NCBI GenBank assembly: GCA_007129985.1
Contig: SKUL01000192.1
Span: 1 to 33,577, forward strand
Reading direction: 5' to 3'
Length of the DNA stretch: 33,577 nt
Source of the DNA: Flavobacteriales bacterium
GTDB taxonomy: Bacteria > Bacteroidota > Bacteroidia > Flavobacteriales_D > SKUL01
This document shows positions 28,811 to 33,577 of the stretch, piece by piece. A model generated the notes under the pieces. The model was not told the origin of the DNA and made no database searches. It was given only the letters and a program-made list of their open reading frames with translations. The position numbers and the translations under genes were made by a program. The number at the start of each line of letters is the position of its first letter. The first letter of the stretch is position 1.

Positions 28811-29724
28811 TGAACACTGCTGAAATAAATGAACTGATTGCCCAACCCGCCAAAGTTCGCGGCGAGCATACTGAGCCGATGCGACAATTGATGGAAACCT
28901 ATCCATGGTGCCAGTCCTTTCAGTTGCTTTACGCAAAGGCTCTGAAAACCGCTGATGACCCTGCATTCAGCCAGCAACTCAAGCGCACTGCGGTGTACGC
29001 ATCAGACAGAAAAGTGCTCTACCGCCTCATTATGCAGACCGCACTGCGCGAAACCATTGCCAAAATTGAGGAAGCCACGCTTGAAAGGCCCTTAGCCGAG
29101 CCCGAAATCAACATTCCAAAAGCAGAGCCCTTAACTCCCGAAGTGAGTGAGCAAATCCCGGAAGAAACTCCGGCTGCAACTCCGGAGCAACCCGAAGTGG
29201 CTGAAGAAACCCGCGAGCAAGTTGAAAAGGCTCAATCAGCAGAATCCATTGATGCCACCAACCTCGAAATAGAGGTACTGAAAGAAGTGGCGGCCCTCGC
29301 CTATCAGCGTGAATTGGAATCGGCCATTCAAGAGGAGAGCGAAACGCCTGCTGTGCCTGTTCCACCTGCCCCCCGGAAACCAACTTCGTTTCTCGATTTT
29401 ATTTCGGGGGGAAGTGCATCAACGTCGGATACTCCCTCCGAAAGTGAAGCTGATACCTCAAGCCTGATTGACCGCTTTATTCAGAACGAACCCAAAATTG
29501 AGCGAAAAAAGGCCTCGTTCTTCTCGCCCATAAACATGGGAAAAATGAGTCTGGCAGACGACAGCGACATTGTATCTGAAACGCTGGCAAACATTTACGC
29601 CAAGCAAGGAGACCTTGCCCGGGCAAAAAAAGCATACGAACAGCTGGCATTGAAATATCCCGAAAAAAGTGTTTACTTTGCCGGCCTTATTGAAAAACTG
29701 GACGAGTCCAAACCAAAAAAGTAA
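28810..29724 (+). CDS. Hypothetical protein with TPR-like terminal domains and an acidic Pro-rich linker
   Basis: TAATG overlap with lptE. N-terminal YPWCQSFQLL...AVYASDRKVL and C-terminal LIDRFI, SETLANIYAKQG...AYEQLALKYPEKSVYFA. Confidence 0.75.
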   Translation: MNTAEINELIAQPAKVRGEHTEPMRQLMETYPWCQSFQLLYAKALKTADDPAFSQQLKRTAVYASDRKVLYRLIMQTALRETIAKIEEATLERPLAEPEINIPKAEPLTPEVSEQIPEETPAATPEQPEVAEETREQVEKAQSAESIDATNLEIEVLKEVAALAYQRELESAIQEESETPAVPVPPAPRKPTSFLDFISGGSASTSDTPSESEADTSSLIDRFIQNEPKIERKKASFFSPINMGKMSLADDSDIVSETLANIYAKQGDLARAKKAYEQLALKYPEKSVYFAGLIEKLDESKPKK

Positions 29725-29727
29725 ACC

Positions 29728-30012
29728 ATGTCGGTATTTATCGGAGTCTTGATTATCCTTGTGTGTGTGTTCCTTGTGTTGGTGATTTTGGTTCAAAACC
29801 CTAAGGGTGGTGGCCTTTCATCAGAGTTTGGAAGCGCCAATCAAATTGGTGGTGTACGCAAAACAGCCGACTTTCTCGAGAAAGCAACCTGGGGCCTCGC
29901 CATTGGGCTGGTAGTATTGAGCCTCGTGGCCGCAGCAGTGCAAGACAGCGCAAGTAGCCGTCAGTTTATTGACGAGCCGGTTCCCACTCAACAGCCTGCC
30001 CCTGAAGAATAG
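29728..30012 (+). CDS. secG: Preprotein translocase subunit SecG
   Basis: Two TM helices flanking LVQNPKGGGLSS.FG and DFLEKATW. Confidence 0.93.
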   Translation: MSVFIGVLIILVCVFLVLVILVQNPKGGGLSSEFGSANQIGGVRKTADFLEKATWGLAIGLVVLSLVAAAVQDSASSRQFIDEPVPTQQPAPEE

Positions 30013-30039
30013 CAGGAAGCACAACCTGAAAGAAACTGA

Positions 30040-30077
30040 CAAAATGCCCGTCTGACCTGACGGGCATTTTGCTTTTT
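30040..30077 (+). terminator. Intrinsic terminator after secG
   Basis: 13-bp perfect stem CAAAATGCCCGTC-N6-GACGGGCATTTTG followed by CTTTTT. Confidence 0.75.
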
Positions 30078-30123
30078 ATGCCCCTTCGTCACCATCAACT
30101 GACCAATTTGCAGTTTACAGCCA

Positions 30124-30139
30124 TTGGCACAAAATGTGA
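30124..30139 (+). promoter_or_regulatory. Putative sigma54 (-24/-12) promoter TTGGCACAAAATGTGA upstream of groES
   Basis: Exact TGGCAC -24 element. The -12 position reads GTGA rather than TTGC (GG-N10-GA). No TAnnTTTG or CIRCE in this intergenic region. Confidence 0.5.
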
Positions 30140-30194
30140 CCACCGTGCGGTGACATTAAACAACAATGTTTAACCCTACTAAAACGAAAAAACC

Positions 30195-30476
30195 ATGTCA
30201 GTAAACGTTAAGCCATTAGCCGACAGAGTGTTGGTAGAGCCTGCTCCGGCTGAAGAAAAAACAGCCAGCGGAATTATCATTCCCGACACGGCCAAGGAAA
30301 AGCCACAGCGCGGTACTGTTATCGCTGCAGGAAAAGGCAAGCCCGATGAGCCAATGACTGTAAAGGAAGGCGATACGGTAATGTACGGCCAATACGCCGG
30401 AACCGAAATCAAGCTCAACGGAAAGAGCTACCTGATTATGCGTGAATCAGACATTTTCGGCATCATCGAAAACTAA
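30195..30476 (+). CDS. groES: Co-chaperonin GroES
   Basis: [33 protein letters not shown] and IMRESDI. Confidence 0.98.
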   Translation: MSVNVKPLADRVLVEPAPAEEKTASGIIIPDTAKEKPQRGTVIAAGKGKPDEPMTVKEGDTVMYGQYAGTEIKLNGKSYLIMRESDIFGIIEN

Positions 30477-30481
30477 TCTGA

Positions 30482-32152
<1,671 letters not shown>

Positions 32153-32172
32153 TCATCACGCATCAGACATTT

Positions 32173-32204
32173 AAAAAGGCTGCTCGTTTTGGGCAGCCTT
32201 TTTT
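32173..32204. terminator. Bidirectional intrinsic terminator between groEL and the CDF gene
   Basis: AAAAAGGCTGCTC-gtttt-GGGCAGCCTTTTTT with A and T tracts on both sides; overlaps the CDF stop codon. Confidence 0.85.
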
Positions 32205-33207
32205 ATTCATACTTTAACGATCCGTGCCGTTGGTTATTCAGCACTTCGTCTGCCGTCCAGTCTAATCGCTTTATGAATGGGTGTTTGCGAACTTCACAAT
32301 CCGATTTTGTGCAAATGCTACAGGATGTTTCGAGGCAGGGATCCACGTGGATAAACAGCTCCACTTTGCGATCGAGTTCGGTATTTACGAGCTGTTCTAT
32401 CTCATCCACCACCCGATGCCCCTCTTCCACGGTGTAATACCAAGGCAATGTCATGTGGCAATCCACGTGAAGTTGCCCGCCAAATTTGATGATGCGAAAG
32501 TTGTGAATGTCTATCCAATCGTCTTTGCGGTGTTGGCGAAGCACCGTGATAAATCGCTCTACAAGGTCGCGGTCGGTTTCGTCCATGATACCCGCCACGG
32601 CAGAACGCAACACTTTGTAGCCCATCCTAATGAGCAAAAACCCAAACAGAAGAGCTACCACATTATCGAGCCATACTTTGCCGGTGAACCAAATCAGAAA
32701 AAGTCCGACAATCATGCCCAGCGTGCTGTAGCCATCGCTGAGCAGATGCTTTCCGTCGGCCTCCATGGCTGGCGAGTGCGAAGCCCGCCCTTGCCGAATG
32801 AGCATCCAGGCCAGCAGAAAGTTCACCAATCCGGCAACGGCTGTGAGTATAATCCCTGTTCCGAGCGCTTCTACCTCATGCGGAAAAATGAGATTGTAAA
32901 CTGCTTTTCCAATGATGGTTAGTCCGGCCCCCAGAATGAGCGCACCTTCGAATCCCGAAGAGATGAACTCCATTTTACCATGACCATAGAGATGATCACT
33001 GTCACGCGGCCGCGAAGCGTAGTAGATACTGAACAATGCAACCAGTCCGGCAAGCACATTGATGACAGACTCCAGGGCGTCCGACAAGATGGCATTGGAA
33101 CCTGTGATAATCCATGCCGCGAATTTCACCACCAGCAACACGAATCCAACAGCCACAGCAAAGGCCTGTATTTTAAGGTTTTTACGACTTTGGTGAGCTT
33201 GCGACAT
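32203..33207 (-). CDS. Cation diffusion facilitator family metal exporter
   Basis: TGSNAILSDALES, P.D.DHLYGHGKME, ADGKHLLSD, about 6 TM helices, cytoplasmic domain with HVDCH and IHVDP. Confidence 0.93.
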   Translation of the reverse strand: MSQAHQSRKNLKIQAFAVAVGFVLLVVKFAAWIITGSNAILSDALESVINVLAGLVALFSIYYASRPRDSDHLYGHGKMEFISSGFEGALILGAGLTIIGKAVYNLIFPHEVEALGTGIILTAVAGLVNFLLAWMLIRQGRASHSPAMEADGKHLLSDGYSTLGMIVGLFLIWFTGKVWLDNVVALLFGFLLIRMGYKVLRSAVAGIMDETDRDLVERFITVLRQHRKDDWIDIHNFRIIKFGGQLHVDCHMTLPWYYTVEEGHRVVDEIEQLVNTELDRKVELFIHVDPCLETSCSICTKSDCEVRKHPFIKRLDWTADEVLNNQRHGSLKYE

Positions 33208-33326
33208 GGCTCGTTAATTGGGATGCGCAAGTTACGAAAGTATTGAGGCTAGCCCTCCTTAAGAAGCCACGGGTTTACCCAAGGCATGGAACATCAATGA
33301 ACTACAAAAACCATTTCATTTCTGCG

Positions 33327-33334
33327 TAAATTTG
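33327..33334 (+). promoter_or_regulatory. -7 element TAAATTTG, 9 nt before ATG 33344
   Basis: Exact TAnnTTTG match. Confidence 0.55.
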
Positions 33335-33343
33335 TGCGAGCCA

Positions 33344-33577
33344 ATGCGCATTGTCGGGAACATACTTTTTTCTCTATTTTTCACCTGCTTGAGCTGCCAC
33401 ATCGCTCCATCGGCGTGGGCGCAAGATATTGTGATTAACGAAATGATGTCGTCCAATGCCACGACCATTGCGGACATGGACGGCGATTATGAGGATTGGT
33501 TTGAGTTGTACAATGACGACCAGGACACCGTCAACCTTGCTGGATTTCGGGTGTCAGATGATATCGAAGAACTCGAT
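33344..33577 (+). CDS. Secreted lamin-tail-domain protein, N-terminal fragment (3'-truncated; absent from the ORF track)
   Basis: Manual translation: MRIVGNILFSLFFTCLSCHIAPSAWAQ-DIVINEMMSSNATTIADMDGDYEDWFELYNDDQDTVNLAGFRVSDDIEELD. Signal peptide plus the VINE...DW.ELYN...VNL.G...SD LTD pattern, often found on CotH-kinase or T9SS cargo proteins. Confidence 0.82.
   Translation, partial: MRIVGNILFSLFFTCLSCHIAPSAWAQDIVINEMMSSNATTIADMDGDYEDWFELYNDDQDTVNLAGFRVSDDIEELD

Noticed and set aside
30013-30194. CIRCE element or sigma32 promoter upstream of groES
   Set aside because: No TTAGCACTC-N9-GAGTGCTAA and no CTTGAA-N13/17-CCCCAT pattern is present.

Overview
Core-genome window from a Bacteroidota bacterium, probably Flavobacteriales. 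This is inferred from TAnnTTTG promoter elements, A-rich start regions without Shine-Dalgarno motifs, and gld/T9SS genes. It holds about 30 protein genes and one initiator tRNA-Met. From left to right: a truncated Omp85/BamA-TamA family gene, an L,D-transpeptidase, GWxTD lipoprotein-rlmB-GT-C glycosyltransferase, rsgA-dtd-MazG-like, gldA, metK, a DUF3857-like protein, era-der, tRNA-fMet, an ABC-F ATPase, the T9SS/gliding cluster porP-gldKLMN preceded by topA and a degenerate arginase-fold gene, miaB-sigma54 activator-lptE-TPR-like protein-secG, groES-groEL, a CDF exporter and a truncated lamin-tail-domain gene. I see no mobile element, integrase, CRISPR array or defence island. The most interesting signal is regulatory. 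A 15-bp palindromic box (CTGnCAnnnTGnCAG-like) occurs upstream of groES next to a sigma54-like -24/-12 element, and again over the promoter of the operon encoding a sensor-less sigma54 enhancer-binding protein. This suggests an autoregulated sigma54-dependent chaperone circuit, which is an inference and untested. All family calls come from motif recognition by eye; no searches were run.
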